A DNA stretch of 64,000 nt from Eubacteriales bacterium. GTDB lineage: Bacteria > Bacillota > Clostridia > Oscillospirales > CAG-272. Where the stretch lies: contig JAZTYY010000005.1 of assembly GCA_045637205.1 (NCBI GenBank), forward strand, positions 12,906 through 76,905, given 5' to 3'. The notes under the pieces were generated by a model. It did not search any database. It was not told where the DNA came from and saw nothing but the letters and a program-made list of their open reading frames with translations. Shown here one piece after another: positions 61,808 to 64,000 of the stretch; the stretch's first letter is position 1; each line of letters opens with the position of its first letter. The translations under genes were made by a program, and so were the position numbers.

Positions 61808-62581
61808 ATGACAAACAAGACAGCAAAACAAATTGTTACGTCCTATAGAGTAGGATGCGCATTAATAGTGTGCGGCTATGCACTTGCACTTGCGGCACTT
61901 ATATTCCTTATGATGCTTAGCTTCCCCATTGCAATGATAGGAATCGTCCTTCTTGCCTCAACGCCCCGAAAGGCATTTGAAATGTGGCGCAAGAAATGTA
62001 TTGAAACCGTTATTTACGAAGATCTTGACCCCGAAAAATTCGGTGAGATGTTGTCCCTCGGTTTGCTCAAAAAGTCAAGAAAGCACAAAATGCTCTATTA
62101 TATGTCAAGCGGAAAGCACGACGACGTTTTAAAACTGGTTGAAGAAAGCGAAAAGAAAGCTCTTCACCCCATCGATCAGTGCAACAATCTTTACAGAATC
62201 GGTTACGTGCATTTTGAACGCGGTGAATATGAAAAATTGTCCGAAGTTTTTAAAAAATATGAAAGAATGAAGAAGGATAATCCAAAATTCGCATACGCGC
62301 TTAACTCATTTACAGTATTTGAAAAATTTGACGCCTTTGCCGACGAGGATTATGAATACGTTGTTGACGTGTGCGACATTGACCTTAAAGAGCTTGACAC
62401 AAAAAAGCAAAATCACAACCTTACAAAAATAAACGTTAGCTTCTACCGTGCTGTTTCCCTTTACAAGCTCGGCAAAATGAAGGAAGCCAAAGAGGGCTTT
62501 GAGGAAATTATCAAATTTGCCCCCAAAATGCACAAGGCTCAGCTCTCTAAGGAGTTCATTGAGTTGATCAATAAGGGTTAA
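61808..62581 (+). CDS. membrane protein with cytoplasmic TPR-like helical domain
   Basis: Two N-terminal TM segments, then a helical-repeat region; co-transcribed with the ArsR-family gene. Confidence 0.6.
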   Translation: MTNKTAKQIVTSYRVGCALIVCGYALALAALIFLMMLSFPIAMIGIVLLASTPRKAFEMWRKKCIETVIYEDLDPEKFGEMLSLGLLKKSRKHKMLYYMSSGKHDDVLKLVEESEKKALHPIDQCNNLYRIGYVHFERGEYEKLSEVFKKYERMKKDNPKFAYALNSFTVFEKFDAFADEDYEYVVDVCDIDLKELDTKKQNHNLTKINVSFYRAVSLYKLGKMKEAKEGFEEIIKFAPKMHKAQLSKEFIELINKG

Positions 62582-62613
62582 TTCCAACAACACCTTGAAT
62601 TTATATACTCAAC

Positions 62614-64000
<1,387 letters not shown>

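Overview
Low-GC Firmicutes/Clostridia-type chromosomal window. All family calls come from motif recognition in the supplied translations and the raw DNA; no searches were run. Layout: (i) 1-216, a promoter plus a tRNA-Met(CAU)/tRNA-Glu(UUC) pair. (ii) 217 to about 6700, a visibly more AT-rich islet. It holds a monocistronic 1173-aa orphan protein (restriction-endonuclease-like N-terminal signature plus a ~900-aa helical body), a tyrosine integrase, 60-bp tandem repeats and a decayed gene. (iii) 7083-37135, a ~30-kb HexNAc-glycan utilisation locus, almost entirely on the minus strand. It has an AraC regulator, an MsmX-type ATPase, two nagA/nagB sets, a ROK-like kinase, a GH20-like hexosaminidase, an SGNH esterase, three Gfo/Idh/MocA proteins, a binding protein with 2 permeases, and four large secreted proteins or lipoproteins. 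(iv) 37566-39857, an orphan large serine recombinase with a GC-rich structured leader and two near-identical 190-bp hairpin-rich, terminator-bearing direct repeats downstream. (v) 39858-64000, core genes (hprK, rpsF-ssb-rpsR, sigK, RNase J, abrB-like, PrsA-like PPIase, GT4/CsaB, gdhA) interspersed with unusual non-coding signals. These are a hairpin array built on GATGAAATC, a LexA box inside a perfect consensus promoter, a cluster of TTTTCCACA DnaA boxes, and a GC-rich 39-bp tandem-repeat insertion in a split glycosyltransferase gene. The best candidates for something new are the orphan ORF 559-4080 (possible single-gene defence effector) and the recombinase-associated RNA-like repeats at 39369-39832. 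Next comes the oxidoreductase-rich HexNAc locus.
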